Positions 1 through 14,072 are shown, numbered from the whole stretch's first letter. The stretch: DNA of 62,961 nucleotides, filler included, from Octopus bimaculoides (GCF_001194135.2; 3 parts of 3 records of this genome joined end to end with filler, not necessarily neighbours in it); one strand, 5' to 3'. Notes: generated by a model not told the origin, from the letters alone. A program made the numbers and translations.

Positions 1-55
1 AAAGACGGCTCGAGAGCAGCCAATGGAAAAATAAAATATAAACATTGTGGTTGTA

Positions 56-310
56 TTATTTACATTATTTACATTTGACGGATATTTGTCCTCATCTTAT
101 TTGTTGTTAACACAACGTTTCGGCTGATATACCCTCCAGCCTTCGTCAGGTGTCTTGGGGAAATTTCGAACCTGGGTTCTCATTCCTAACGATGATACTA
201 TTATTATATTATTATTATTATTATTATTACTATTATTAATCAGGTCGCTGCCGTGAATCGAACACGGAATCTTGGGGTTAGTAGCCCGCGCTCTTAACCA
301 CTACGCCATA
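56..310 (-). mobile_element. tRNA-headed SINE (family C) carrying a hammerhead ribozyme, full-length copy
   Basis: Minus strand begins TGGCGTAGTGG (A box) ... GTTCGATTC (B box), then an (AAT)n linker and the HHR. Exact 8-bp TSD tggttgta at 48-55 and 311-318. Second copy at about 58157-58390. Confidence 0.85.
110..153 (-). ncRNA. Minimal type I hammerhead ribozyme
   Basis: Minus strand: acac CUGACGA a ggcug-gaggguauau-cagcc GAAA cg U U gugu. Stem I acac/gugu, stem II ggcug/cagcc, palindromic ACGU stem III, GUU cleavage triplet. Confidence 0.75.
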
Positions 311-521
311 TGGTTGTAGTTGTCAGTCTCTGATTTGGGATGGTAGCAGAGTAGATGAGACAAAGATGTAGAAGGATAATAGTGTAACTATGTTGTGTTT
401 GAAAGAAACTCGTATATTCAGCATTAGCATGAGAGTCGGTTGGTACCACCGGCGAATGTGCTGCTGTCAGGAGTTTCTTGAAGTTTCCTGAAGAAAGGAG
501 TATCTCGTAACTCAAACAATA

Positions 522-773
522 CTCTTTACTCTCTTTTACTCTTTTACTCTTTTACTTGTTTCAATCATTTCACTGCGGCCATGCTGGAACACTGCCTTTT
601 AGTCGTGTAAATCGACCCCAGGACTTATTCTTTGTATAAGCCTAGTACATATAGCCTAGTACTTATTCTATCGTTCTCTTGTTGCTGAACCGCTAAGTTG
701 CGGGGACGTAAACATACCAGCATCGGTTATCAAGCGATGGTGGGGGGACAAATACAGACACACAAACACACAA

Positions 774-826
<53 letters not shown>

Positions 827-991
827 TACGACGGGCTTCTTTCAGTTTCCGTCTACCAAATCCACTCACAAGGTTTTGGTCGGCCCGAGGCTATAGTAGA
901 AGACACTTGCCCAAGGTGCCACGCAGTGGGACTGAACCCGGAACCATGTGGTTGGTAAGCAAGCTACTTCCCACACAGCCACTCCTACGCC
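522..991 (-). mobile_element. tRNA-derived SINE family A (internal microsatellite, (GTAAAAGA)n tail)
   Basis: Head ggcgtaggagtggctgtgtgg ... ggttccgggttcagtccc, central (TA)/(TG)n, 3' tandem gtaaaaga. More than 12 homologous copies in the window. Confidence 0.85.
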
Positions 992-1913
992 TATTCTTAG
1001 CTTTACATTAATTACTATCTTCTCCGAATCGTTCGTTCTTAGCCACCGACAATACCACCGTCACTCCATTTGATCGCCGTTGCGAATAGTAATACATATG
1101 TTGTCGCATATAGGAGAACTCGGCACTTATACTATGTGGTCTGTGGTTTGCAATGTCTGGACAATACTCCATAATCATGAGGTAGCCTTCTTATTTCATG
1201 ATTGAATTACACCTGTCTCTTCCTGCTCACTGCCATCTCAATAATAGACACATGACAACTATTCTTGAAAAACTATTTCTACGCCTGTATCATACTGATA
1301 TCCCTAATAAAGACATTAAACACCGCATTTCAAAAACATCTGATCTGCAGATATAGCTTCAGATTTTAGGGCCCATTTTTCCGATTCATAGTTGGCCTTA
1401 CTCTCTGCCATTAACTATTAACCCACCTGTTCCAGATCATGCTTTATTTTAATGTCCTGGGTATGTCTATAATCTTCACCCGGTAGTGGAGTCCTAGGTT
1501 TAGAGGCGTGCGGAACAACTTCTTAACTCCTACTTTCCCATGTCTGCTCTAATCCGGAGTAGTAGCAAATGTTTGTATCCCTGCTATTGGATAACTAGCA
1601 TGTAAACTACAGGGAGTGAAGGACCTCTAGGAGAAGGTAAACGCATATACAAAAAAAAAATTGAAATGCACTTCGTTCTTGATGGTCTCAACCATTGATG
1701 TGTCACTGGTTTTATAGCTTGTTGCGCTGAAAAGTGGGTTCCCTACTGAGCAACGCATTATCAACTCAAAACAAATTCACACACAGAAACTTTATGACTC
1801 TCATAACGTTTATATAGACTTACTTTTATACATTACATTTATATTGATTTACTATACATTATACATTACGTTTATATAGACTTACTATAGATTTAGGAAG
1901 TGGCCTTACTTTG

Positions 1914-2231
1914 TTACAAGTTGGCTTCTATTTCACCGTCGTAAGCTTGCCGAAGCGTGTTCAATGTCTCTCTAACAGACTTCTCGCGTTTAACGCAATG
2001 TTTCACGTTGGCTCTTTGTTCCATCTTCCCGTCCATGACAAAAATCGCAAACCACAACATACACGTGATCACGAAAACGCAAATTTCACGACTTGCGAAG
2101 TAAACACGGCGATGTCACTCGACACACAGCCTCATCACGGTCACTGCTAGTTCTCACTGCGCATGTAACCATGTGTTGCCATCTGTTGGCGCGTTACAGA
2201 ACTAGTCCGGGAAATTTTTGATACCACTTCG
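1914..2231 (-). mobile_element. mariner transposon 5' fragment
   Basis: TA followed by TIR-like cgaagtggtatcaaaaatttcccggact; ORF from 2036 reads MDGKMEQRANVKHCVKREKSVRETLNTLRQAYDGE, matching mariner N-terminal MEQRANIKFC. Confidence 0.7.
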
Positions 2232-2559
2232 TACATGTTGGAGGTACTAATGAGACCCTTGTTTTTACGCTTTCTAACCCATTTGTTACTGTACTGTTAA
2301 AACACAAACCCTACAGTATGTTGCACTTCGTAATGATTTCGTGTAATCATCAAGCTAGGTGGCAGGATCTTGCACTTCGCGCCATTTATTTTAATGCCTT
2401 GTTGTTTATACGATTTGAGTAAGTGTTTACAGAATATGTTAAGTTGTAAAAGATATGGCTATTAGGGTTGTATCATCAGTATATCTAACAACTATGAAGA
2501 GAATACGTCAGTGTATACAAGACTTTCGACATAGTCTTTCAATTTCACTCGCAAGAAAT

Positions 2560-2853
2560 TCTAGGAAGTTGCGGAAAAGGGTGTGAGATGCAATTAGTCG
2601 ATTTAATGTGAGACCTTGTGGAGACACTGTTGATGTCATATTCGTAGTCAGACAGATAATTGAAAAAGCACAGGAACACCAAGTGCCTTCGCACTTCAGA
2701 GTCACCGATTTTAACGCTACCATCGATACCATCTGGCGAAAGGCCTTACTCACAGTAATAGGTGTAAACTCCCAGATAATGCGTATTTTAGAGTTGCTAT
2801 ACTGTAACACCGTGTGTGGTGCTACGATCATAGATGGTCAGCTGAAAGGTTAG
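2560..2853 (+). pseudogene. RTE-clade LINE reverse transcriptase fragment
   Basis: RQIIEKAQEHQVPSHFRVTDFNATIDTIWRKAL resembles the RT segment RQ..EK..E......F.DF.KAFD.V.R..LW; truncated by a gap. Confidence 0.7.
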
Positions 2854-3181
2854 TTTTAATTAACCNNNNNNNNNNNNNNNNNNNNNNNNNNNNNNNNNNN
2901 NNNNNNNNNNNNNNNNNNNNNNNNNNNNNNNNNNNNNNNNNNNNNNNNNNNNNNNNNNNNNNNNNNNNNNNNNNNNNNNNNNNNNNNNNNNNNNNNNNNN
3001 NNNNNNNNNNNNNNNNNNNNNNNNNNNNNNNNNNNNNNNNNNNNNNNNNNNNNNNNNNNNNNNNNNNNNNNNNNNNNNNNNNNNNNNNNNNNNNNNNNNN
3101 NNGTATGTATGTATGTATACGTATATATGCGTGAGAGTGTAGAGAGAGAAAGAGAAAGAAAAGAAAGATAAATAGACAGAC

Positions 3182-3220
<39 letters not shown>

Positions 3221-3309
3221 TATATACATAAATGCACACATATACACACGCATTCAGATATTAATGTGCCTGTGTATAATTATGTGTATGTCTGCTGATA
3301 CGTGTATAC

Positions 3310-3353
<44 letters not shown>

Positions 3354-3961
3354 ACGCGCTCGTAGGTGTATGTGCAAGTGTGTTTGTGTGTGCGCGTGTG
3401 ACACGACTGTAAGTACGTGTTCATTTGCGAGGTACACTAAGTCAAGCTTAGCAAATATAAATAGCGAAATCTGTACTGGCATACTAAATGTAATGAGGCA
3501 CAAAATTTTAATGAATTAAAATTATAACCATTAGTGAGGAGAAAACCATCAGGTAGAATCGGTAGTGCGTCGGATTGAAAGGAATGTAGTATTCATTCTA
3601 ACTTTTTACGCTCTGATTTCAAATCCTCCCAACATTGTTTCCCTCCTTCTAGGATTCATACGAATACATTACAAGCTCCTTTTTTTCGGGAAGAAATTAG
3701 GTGTATTCAAATCAAGAGAAAGATCTGAGCTCCCCTGTCTCAAATTGTGCCTCCACGACTCGTTGAAATCGGTGAATGAGGCTGATTTCATTTTCCGTTT
3801 GTTGTCTCAATTTGAAAAAAAAAATTGGTGACATTGGAAACTTCAGCCGAGGCATTGAACTGGACAGTGTGAAGTTGGAAGGTATGAACGTGGCTGTATT
3901 TTCCATATTTTTGTCTTATGATACAAAAGATCTACAGCTGTCATTCTATGGAAACCTATAG

Positions 3962-4160
3962 CAATAATAATAATAATAAAAATCCTTTCTATTTTTGGCA
4001 CAAGGCCTGTAGTATGAGGGACGGGTAGTCGATTACATCGACCTCAGTATTTCACTCGTACTTAATTCATCGGCCCTGAAAGGGTAAAAGGCAAAGTCGA
4101 CCGCGGGTGAATTTGAACTCAGAACGTGAAAATGAGCGAAATGACGCTAAGCATTTTGCC
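3962..4160 (-). mobile_element. tRNA-derived SINE family B ((ATT)n-tail subfamily), 5'-truncated
   Basis: Homologous to 17140-17374 and 56623-56856 through gtcgactttgccttt...taagtac; tail gccttgtgcc...agaaagga followed by (ATT)n. Confidence 0.75.
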
Positions 4161-4169
4161 CGATAATAA

Positions 4170-4722
4170 TGCCCGGATGCAGTACCAGGCAGTGGCTCTC
4201 ATGGCTTCTGATCTTAATTGATTGAAAGTGTTATCATGTACATTGTTTTGTCTTGGTATAAAAGATGGGCTACAGCAAATATTCTGCTCAATACCACAGA
4301 TTTGCTTGTCAGTTGGTTGACCTTAACCAGTTGAACATGTCCCTTGGTGGCTGACGATATGTGCATCTCTGATCATGAGCAGAAGTAGTGGGGGAGCATC
4401 ATAGCCATGTGTTGAGAGGAATTCTTTGGAGTTTGAATAATTCACCGCTGGGAACATAAGTGTTTCATTCAAAATCCTTAAACAACCCTTAAGCAACGAC
4501 CATTTGAACAGGATGGGGTACTCCACCTGAAGAAAATTCTAACTGGGTCCATCTTACAAGGTCATGCGCTGTTTATCTTCATATGAGATCACCATGTCGC
4601 GCACATATGATTGCGATGCATGTGCCTGGTGTACCCTTATCAGACGGGTAGTCATGATGGGTATAATGGGCTTCGTATATTTTACCCCAGTGTCACTATG
4701 ATGGCATGCACTGCTCTCTCAC

Positions 4723-4770
<48 letters not shown>
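4170..4770 (+). mobile_element. Unclassified retroposon 3' region ending in (AAT)n
   Basis: Homologous copy at about 47370-47747 with the same right end ctctctcac(a/t)(t/c)aataat; flanked by AAT repeats. Confidence 0.65.
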
Positions 4771-4772
<2 letters not shown>

Positions 4773-4990
4773 CCTTTCTACTATAGGCACAAGGCTTGAA
4801 ATTTCATGGGAGTGAGCAAATAGATTGCATTAACCCCAGTGCGTAACTGGTACTTATTTCTTTGATCTCGAAAGGATGAAAGACAAAGTCGACCTCGGCG
4901 GAATTTGAACTCAGAACGTAAGGCCGGACGAAATGCCGCTAAGCATTTTTACCCGGGTGTACTAACATTTCTACCAGCTCTCCGCCTTAA
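4765..4990 (-). mobile_element. SINE family B copy
   Basis: Full head-core-tail homology to other B copies; abuts the (AAT)n tract. Confidence 0.8.
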
Positions 4991-5613
4991 TAAAGATAAT
5001 TATAAAAGTAATCCCTTCTGTTATTGCTACAAGACGCAAAGCCTGGAATTATATATAAACGACATGCTTCTTCCGGTTCCCGTCAATGATGATCATGATT
5101 TCCTTTATTGGCCACAAGGGCTTAAGACATTAAGGACTATATAAAAAAAAAAAAGATGAAATATAACTCTCAAAATGGTGGGGTTCTACATCAATCAAAA
5201 AATGGGGGAAACAACAGCAATAAGAATATAACAAAAGATATTAGGCACAACGCCAGCAGCTTCTAGAGGCGGTTGTTATTCGATAACATCGTCTTCAGTA
5301 CTTTGTCTGGTACCGAAAGGATAAAAAACAAAGTTGACTTCAGCGGAACATAATCTCAGAAAGCAAAGAAGCAGGCACAACGGCAGCAGCAGCAGCGGAG
5401 GAGGAGGAGGTGGCGGCTCTAGCAGCATCGTATTCATCATTACAGTCATCTTCATCATTAACATCTTCGTCAACAGAACAGAAAAATAAGTCAATGAAAG
5501 ACCATCTTCCCTAGTGGTTTTCAACAGGGGTCGATATGGCTAAATGAGGTCCTTGTAAGACTTTTGTTGTTAGAATTTATATGTTATAAATTTGATAAAC
5601 TTCCACAATCATA

Positions 5614-5853
5614 GGCGCAGGAGTGACTTTGTGGTAAGTAGCTTGATTACCAGCCACATGGTTCCGGGTTCAGTCCCACTGCGTGGCACCTTGGGCAAGT
5701 GCCTTCTACTAATAGCCTCGGGCCGACCAAAGCCTTGGGAGTGGATTTGGTAGACGGAAACCGAAAGAAGCCCATCGTATATATGTATATATATATATAT
5801 ATGTATATTGTGTGTGTATGTGTTTGTGTCTGTCCCCCTAACATCGCTTGACA
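5614..5853 (+). mobile_element. SINE family A, 3'-truncated
   Basis: Head ggcgcaggagtg..., core and microsatellite present. Confidence 0.8.
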
Positions 5854-5879
5854 ATATTTTTGTTTAGATATAATTTCTA

Positions 5880-6055
5880 ATCATTCTTTCTATTACAGGC
5901 ACAAGGGCTGAAATTTTGGGAGAGGGGTAGTGGATTGCATTGACCCCAGCTAAAGTCGACCTAAGCGGAATTTGAACTCAGAACATAGCGACGGGCGAAA
6001 TACCGCTAAGGATTTCGTTCAGCGTGCTAACAATTCCGCCAGCTCGGCGTCTTGA
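5880..6055 (-). mobile_element. SINE family B copy with internal deletion
   Basis: Tail cctttct.ttacaggcacaagg and head gccagctcg.cg.ctt present. Confidence 0.7.
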
Positions 6056-6139
6056 TATAATTCCTAACTATATTTAATCCTAAAAATATAATAGAATTTT
6101 AAAAACATTGAATGATTATGAGGGTATACCCGAGTAGAT

Positions 6140-6226
6140 TAGCGTCGGGCCAACCAAATCCTTGTGAGTGGATTTGGTAGACGGAAACTGAAATAAGCCT
6201 GTCGCATGTATGTATGTATGTATATG

Positions 6227-6306
<80 letters not shown>

Positions 6307-6504
6307 TGTGTTTGTCCCTCTAACATCGCTTGACAACTGATGCAGGTGTGTTTACGTCCCCGTAACTTAGCGGTTCGGCAAAAGAGACTGATAGAATAAA
6401 TACTAGGCTTACAAAGGATAAGTCCTGGGGTCGATTTGCTCGACTAACGGCGGTGCTCCAGCATGGCCGCAGTCAAATGACTGAAACAAGTAAAAGAGTA
6501 AAGA
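6140..6504 (+). mobile_element. SINE family A, head missing
   Basis: Core, long (TG)n and 3' gtaaaagagtaaagag tail. Confidence 0.8.
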
Positions 6505-6899
6505 GTTGAGAAACATTGCTCTACAGTCAAAACGGTCTGCTAGAATAAGCAGTCCTCTAAATAGCGAGCTGGCAGAAATTTTAGCGAACCGGACAAAATG
6601 TTCAGTGGCATTTCTTCCGTCTTAACATTCTGAATTGAAATTCCACCGAGGCTTACTTTCGAAGTCGATAAATTAAATACCAATTGAACACTGGGATCGA
6701 TGTAGTTGCTTTATCTCTCCACATTTGAAATCGCTAGCCATGCTCCAAAGTTTGAAATCAATATTGGACCAGGGCTAATAAGGACTAAACAAGAATCTGC
6801 ATATCTACAGAATACTGAGAAACTACTACAAATAATGAGGCCTAATACTACCACCAAAACCAACACCATGACCACCACCTTTACAACTGCTACCTCCTC

Positions 6900-7265
6900 C
6901 ATTGATCATTCTCACTAATACCATCGGCACCATCACTATCAGTATTGCTACTAATAACACCACCATCACCATCATCATTGCAATATCATTGCCACCACCG
7001 CCACTGCCATTATGCTGCCATCATCACCATCGCTACCAACATCATCATCATCACTATGGTGATCATATCATCATCATCACCATCTTCTTCATCATCATCG
7101 TCAGCATCGTCTTCATCATCATCGTCAGCATCGTCTTCATCATCATCGCTGTAAATAATGCTTCCATCATCATCCCCACCACCACCATTATAACCATTAC
7201 ATCATCACCACCACCATCACCACTACCATCACCACCATCACCACCACCTCTACTATCACCACCAC
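6900..7265. repeat. Degenerate (CAT)/(CAC) trinucleotide low-complexity tract
   Basis: Directly visible; runs into an N gap. Confidence 0.9.
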
Positions 7266-7818
7266 NNNNNNNNNNNNNNNNNNNNNNNNNNNNNNNNNNN
7301 NNNNNNNNNNNNNNNNNNNNNNNNNNNNNNNNNNNNNNNNNNNNNNNNNNNNNNNNNNNNNNNNNNNNNNNNNNNNNNNNNNNNNNNNNNNNNNNNNNNN
7401 NNNNNNNNNNNNNNNNNNNNNNNNNNNNNNNNNNNNNNNNNNNNNNNNNNNNNNNNNNNNNNNNNNNNNNNNNNNNNNNNNNNNNNNNNNNNNNNNNNNN
7501 NNNNNNNNNNNNNNNNNNNNNNNNNNNNNNNNNNNNNNNNNNNNNNNNNNNNNNNNNNNNNNNNNNNNNNNNNNNNNNNNNNNNNNNNNNNNNNNNNNNN
7601 NNNNNNNNNNNNNNNNNNNNNNNNNNNNNNNNNNNNNNNNNNNNNNNNNNNNNNNNNNNNNNNNNNNNNNNNNNNNNNNNNNNNNNNNNNNNNNNNNNNN
7701 NNNNNNNNNNNNNNNNNNNNNNNNNNNNNNNNNNNNNNNNNNNNNNNNNNNNNNNNNNNNNNNNNNNNNNNNNNNNNNNNNNNNNNNNNNNNNNNNNNNN
7801 NNNNNNNNNNNNNNNNNN

Positions 7819-7883
<65 letters not shown>

Positions 7884-8232
7884 GTTGCTCATTTACAGGT
7901 AAACGTACATACATGTATACACACACACATGGCTACAAATACTCGTCCGTACACATTCACATACATGCACACACATACACGCTCTCATACGCACATTGAT
8001 ATATATATATATATACATATATAAATAGATAGATACACATACACACATACATGTATATGTACATATGTACATACATACACAAACGCACATATACATGCAT
8101 GTATTTGCGCGTGTGCATGTTGATATACGTGTGTGTGTGTGTGTGTATGCGTGCGTGCCTTAAATAATGTAGTAATCCCACATGCACATTTGCGCATTCA
8201 TATACAAGTATATGCACACGTGCACATCAGCG

Positions 8233-8273
<41 letters not shown>

Positions 8274-8344
8274 TCTGAGGGTACACAGGAATACATAGGT
8301 GCACATACATATGCAAACAAACAAGCCACATGCATTCACCCCCT

Positions 8345-8385
<41 letters not shown>

Positions 8386-8879
8386 ATAGGCATACATACA
8401 CAGATACCCGCTCACACATAAGTATATGCAAGCATGCACATAAGCACATATACTGACATATTTTGATGTGCATTCGCACCATCTACACATACATACACGC
8501 ATGCACACTTATACATAAGCATGTGCAAACACGCACATTCACATACATACTCTGACGTACACTCGTACACATAGCCATACACATACACACACACAAACAT
8601 ACATGCACATAATACTCTGACGTGCACACGTGCACATAACCGCACATACACACACACACACTCACAAACACACACACACTACACACATACATGCATATCC
8701 ACACATACACACATACACACTCATATATATATATAAAAACACATGCAAGCATACACATAAGCGTGCACGCATTCACATACGCAATCATGCACAGACACAC
8801 GGACAGATGCGCACACATAGAAAGGAACCCACGCTTTGAGAAAGATCGCTCATTATGTATTAAGGTGAAAAAGCAAAAT

Positions 8880-8893
8880 AATAATAACTATAA

Positions 8894-8963
<70 letters not shown>

Positions 8964-8985
8964 GGTGGTGGTTGTAGTAGTAGTA

Positions 8986-9035
<50 letters not shown>
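8880..9035. repeat. Compound (AGT)n(GGT)n(AAT)n microsatellite
   Basis: Directly visible. Confidence 0.95.
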
Positions 9036-9038
<3 letters not shown>

Positions 9039-9680
9039 GCAAAATAAAGAGCCCTTCTTTAATAGCAAGGATGGAGGCTAGAAGTGAACAATGAGGCGGT
9101 AACCCACCTAGTGGAGGAAATGGGATCCCAGTATATACAAATATATAGAGGCGGTTGTCAACATTGAGAGATAAGCCCACCATGAAAGAAATGTTCGTTT
9201 CGTAGGGAACCATTTAATAATATCACTGTGACCTTGCACACGAAAATATGAGTGTAGCAAGAAAACAGAAAGACGTGACAGATATGAATGATGATCCTTA
9301 TGAGTGTAGGTTTGTTTGTGTGTATTGGTGGTGGGATAGTGGTGCTGGTGGCGGCGTTGGTGTTGGTGGTGTTGGTGGTGGTGGGGTAGGGGTACGTGAG
9401 TGACAGTGTATGTATCTCTGTGTGCACTTTTATATATGTGTATATATATATATATATATATCTTATCTTCGAAACGTCTAGATAGAATAGAGACAGCTGA
9501 TGAAGGGATATTCCAAGTGGCTTTCCGTTTTCCTATGTGTTCGTTCCGTTGTCTGTAGTTTATTGTTCTAACGTCCTGTACCCTGATATGCATGTATATA
9601 CACATGTAGATGTAAGTATGTACATATATATGTAAGTATGTACGTATATATGTGTATACATGTATATATATTCTTTGTAT

Positions 9681-9712
<32 letters not shown>

Positions 9713-9875
9713 GACATATATATGTATATAGATATATATATATAGATATAGATATAGATATATACATATATATTTATATACATATCTTGAAAGAGAGAGA
9801 GATAAGCATGTGTGTGCATAGGCTTGTATATGTACACATATATATGTAATACATACATACTATATACACACATAT

Positions 9876-9921
<46 letters not shown>

Positions 9922-9995
9922 TACGTACAAATATACATACTTACATATAATTATATATGTGTATGTATTATGTACACACACACGCACGCACACGC

Positions 9996-10031
<36 letters not shown>

Positions 10032-10503
10032 ACATAGTATTTTTAACAAGTTGTATCTTTAGGTAGTTGAAGCCATATGAATGATAATTAGGCGCTCTGT
10101 ATATGTGTAAATGTGCATGTATATTATTTGTATATAACATCGATTACGTCTATATACGAGTACGTGTCGATGCCTATATATATATATGTGTGTATGCATG
10201 TATCTACGTATATACATGTAAGTGAATTTTACAAGGAAAAGGTTGGCAGAAATTTCAAAGTTTCGATCTGCTCGTCTTAATCAGACTGTGTGTTACATAG
10301 AGTCTTTTGGCTTTATATAATCTTTTGCAAGTTGTTTTTTTAGGTAGATGAAGCTATGTGAAGGATAACTAGATTTGGTGTATACATTTATAAATGTAGT
10401 TGTATATTGTTTGTGTTTGCAAGATCGGGTATGTATATGTATAAACATGTATATATACATATATAATACGTATATAATATATATGTACGTATGTGTTTGT
10501 GTG

Positions 10504-10547
<44 letters not shown>

Positions 10548-10567
10548 CACACACACACACACATACA

Positions 10568-10985
<418 letters not shown>

Positions 10986-11559
10986 ATATATATATATATA
11001 TGTTGAAATTAATAAAAATATAGAGAACAAAGTCTTGCACACCCAAGTTTTATTTTACAGTTAATTATATCTTTCTTCGTCAAACGCACGTTTCCACTGC
11101 AGGACGGTGCACACTGTTAAATGTGCATTTTGGGGTTAATTATCGGTGCACTTTCATCCAATTCTACTTGGTCTGATATCATCTGAAGACTAAAATTAAC
11201 TGAAATTATTCCCTAATGTGGTGTTAACGTTACTAAAAATATAAAAATAGTAAATCTCTATCCTCGTGATCTTTATTAATTCCAGTACTCTACGGACACA
11301 ATACAGTCCTTCTAAAGACATTTGGATTTACAAAAGGATGATTAACCGAGTATAGTAAATTTTAACTAACTGAAGTTTATCTACATTCACGCTGGTTAGC
11401 AAGCATTAATTACCGATACGAACAAACACGGTATCCGCGAGCTTAATATATTCCTCTGAACCATTTTTGGAAATTTACTTTTCGGTATTTTACTATACCG
11501 GCTTCAGTTAAATGTTGTGCGCAGTATTTTAACTATTTTTCACATTTTGTCATATTCTT

Positions 11560-11888
11560 TTACTTCTTTCAGTCATTTGACTCTTTGTAAGCCTAGTACT
11601 TATTCTATCGATCTCTTTTGCCAAATCGCTAAGTTACAGGGACGTAAACACGCCAACATTGTAACAGGGGGGGGGGGGGCAAACAAAGAAACACACATGC
11701 ACACACACGCACACACACACATATATATACACGATGGGCTTCTTTCAGTTTCCGTCTACCAAATCCACAAGGATTTGGTCGGCCCGAAGCTATGGCAGAA
11801 GACACTTGTCCGAGGTGCCACGCAGTGGGACTGAACTCGGAACCATGTGGTCGGGAAGCAAGCTTCTTACCACACAGCCACGCTGCAC
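11560..11888 (-). mobile_element. SINE family A copy
   Basis: Homology to 522-991. Confidence 0.8.
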
Positions 11889-12313
11889 CTATGCAGACAT
11901 TTCTTATTTGTTATGTTAGTTTTAAGCTCAGAACACAGAGCAAAATCAAAAGACACTTATTTGTCATGAGTTCTTTACGTTATATGAATTCGACGGTGTT
12001 ATATATTCCGCCATTAACACACTTCACTGACGTTTCGTTCCGTTTTTGTTAAGATTTATCATTAAGTCTTAACGTTGTTTCTCTGTGTTTTCCCTTCTCG
12101 TTAACTTATACATCACGACAATATATATACTAAAGAGTAACTTCTTTAAAGTACAACACTTGGTGTTTCACATGACTGAACAACTTTTATTTTATGAATG
12201 ATGACAGCAGATCAGTGTTTTGCCATCAGCTTTTTTACTGTATGACAAAAGTGCCGTTAACTTGAGGCTTACTTTATTCTGAATGCCGTTATTCAAGAGT
12301 TTTACTCTAAACT

Positions 12314-12695
12314 GTAGAGGCGCAATGGCCCAGTGGTTAGGGCAGCGGACTCGCGGTCATAGGATCGCGGTTTTGAATCCCAGACCGGGCATTGTGAGTG
12401 TTTATTGAGCGAAAACACCTAAAGCTCCACGAGGCTCCGGCAGGGGATGGTGGCGAACCCTGCTGTAGTCTTTCGCCACAACTTTCTCTCACTCTTACTT
12501 CCTGTTTCTGTTTTGCCTGTAATTCAAAGGGTCAGCCTTGTCACACTGTATCACGCTGAATATCCCCGAGAACTACGTTAAGGGTACACGTGTCTGTGGA
12601 GTGCTCAGCCACTTGCACGTTAATTTCACGAGCAGGCTGTTCCGTTGATCGGATCAACTGGAACCCTCGACGTCGTAATCGACGCAGTGCCAACA
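12314..12695 (+). mobile_element. tRNA-derived SINE family D, full length
   Basis: A-box-like tggcccagtgg, B-box-like gttttgaatccc, (CAA) tail; 10-bp TSD actctaaact at 12304-12313 and 12696-12705. Confidence 0.85.
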
Positions 12696-13461
12696 ACTCT
12701 AAACTAGAAAAGACAGATCATTAAACACTACTGGATTTGAAACCGAAGTATAAATTATCTTATTTGATGACTTAATTAGCTTGAACCAGCCTTGAACCTT
12801 ATGACAATTCAAAGCTGCGATTCTCGTAAGCCAAGAACTGTCAAGAGAGAATTACACTCTCTTTATTTTAGACGACATAAAGAGCCAATTGGATACGGTA
12901 TCAGATATTTTACTTGAGAGTTTAGCGGTTAAACCCCATGTGATCAGTAGAGTATTTAGTCCATGGACAATACGCTCTTGGCTAAAGAAAAGGTGAATTC
13001 ACCTCTTTCCTACATACATGTGAGAAAAGATGGCATAATTTGCCGGTCTCACCAAACTGAACTGAATGAGATTTACAGATAATGACGAACAGTTCATGGC
13101 AGCGGCTCATATCTAGTTACATGAGGTGGTACGTACCTCTGACAGCCAAAACATTGATGTCTATGCTGTGTGACTTGTCCTGTGTGTTCTGGTATATGTG
13201 TCGTCTGTGTGAGTGCGTTTGTGTGTTGCATGTGCGTATATAATGCGTCCATGTTGTTTCTGCAAGTTGTATATATTGTTTAAGACTAAGTTTTGTTTGT
13301 ACATAGGTATGTTTATTGCTATGTTATACTTCTACATAGCCCCAGAACCTATCTAAATTCTGACTTCACATTCATCCATAGTTTACGTCTCTTTCATTCC
13401 AGATTATATCAACTGGGGGTGATATAATCTGCTTCCTTCCCAAAAATTCCTGGCTGTTTTA

Positions 13462-13679
13462 TTCTTCTCTTTTTCTTATATTTGCTTCAGTCATTTGACT
13501 GCGGCCATGCTGGAGCACTGCCTTTAGTCGAACAAATCGCCCCCAGGACTTTATTCTTTGTAAGCTTAGTATTTATTCTATCGGTCTCTTTTGCCGAACC
13601 GTTAAGTTACGGCGACATAAACATACCAACATCGTTTGTCAAGCGATGGTGGGGAGACAAACACAGACGCACAAACATA

Positions 13680-13750
<71 letters not shown>

Positions 13751-13908
13751 GACAGGCATCTTTCAGTTTCCGTCTACTAAATCCACTCACAAGGCTTTGG
13801 TCAGCCCGAGGCTATAGTAGAAAAAATTTGGCCGAGGCGCCACGCAGTGGGACTGAACCCGGAACCATGTGATTAAGAACCAAGCTTCTTACCACACAGC
13901 CACGCCTA
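13462..13908 (-). mobile_element. SINE family A copy
   Basis: Complete homology with a (TA)n core. Confidence 0.85.
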
Positions 13909-14072
13909 CCATTTAATCCTAAGTAAAAAAATAATCTAATCCTAAGTAAAAAAAAATCATTTAATCCTAAGTAAAAAGCGTCCAAACCAAGACCAACCCA
14001 CCATTTCGTAGTCTTAGAACGGCATTATTCAATGTGTTTTTTTCTGGATGGTGGGGTCAATATTTTAAATCA

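Noticed and set aside
243-310. SINE heads as functional tRNA genes
   Set aside because: A/B boxes are present but acceptor stems are incomplete and the heads continue into SINE bodies.
698-958. Recurrent peptides such as EDTCPRCHAVGLNPEPCGW
   Set aside because: Antisense translation of SINE family A, repeated wherever the SINE occurs.
6902-7999. Long ORFs of 200-365 aa here and at 14144-14906, 21486-22572 and 39900-40575
   Set aside because: They are open only because of N gaps and microsatellites.
13079-13128. Possible small + exons (13079-13128, 16423-16450, from 20653) for the TM gene
   Set aside because: Splice-like signals only; no recognisable protein and no way to verify a phase chain.
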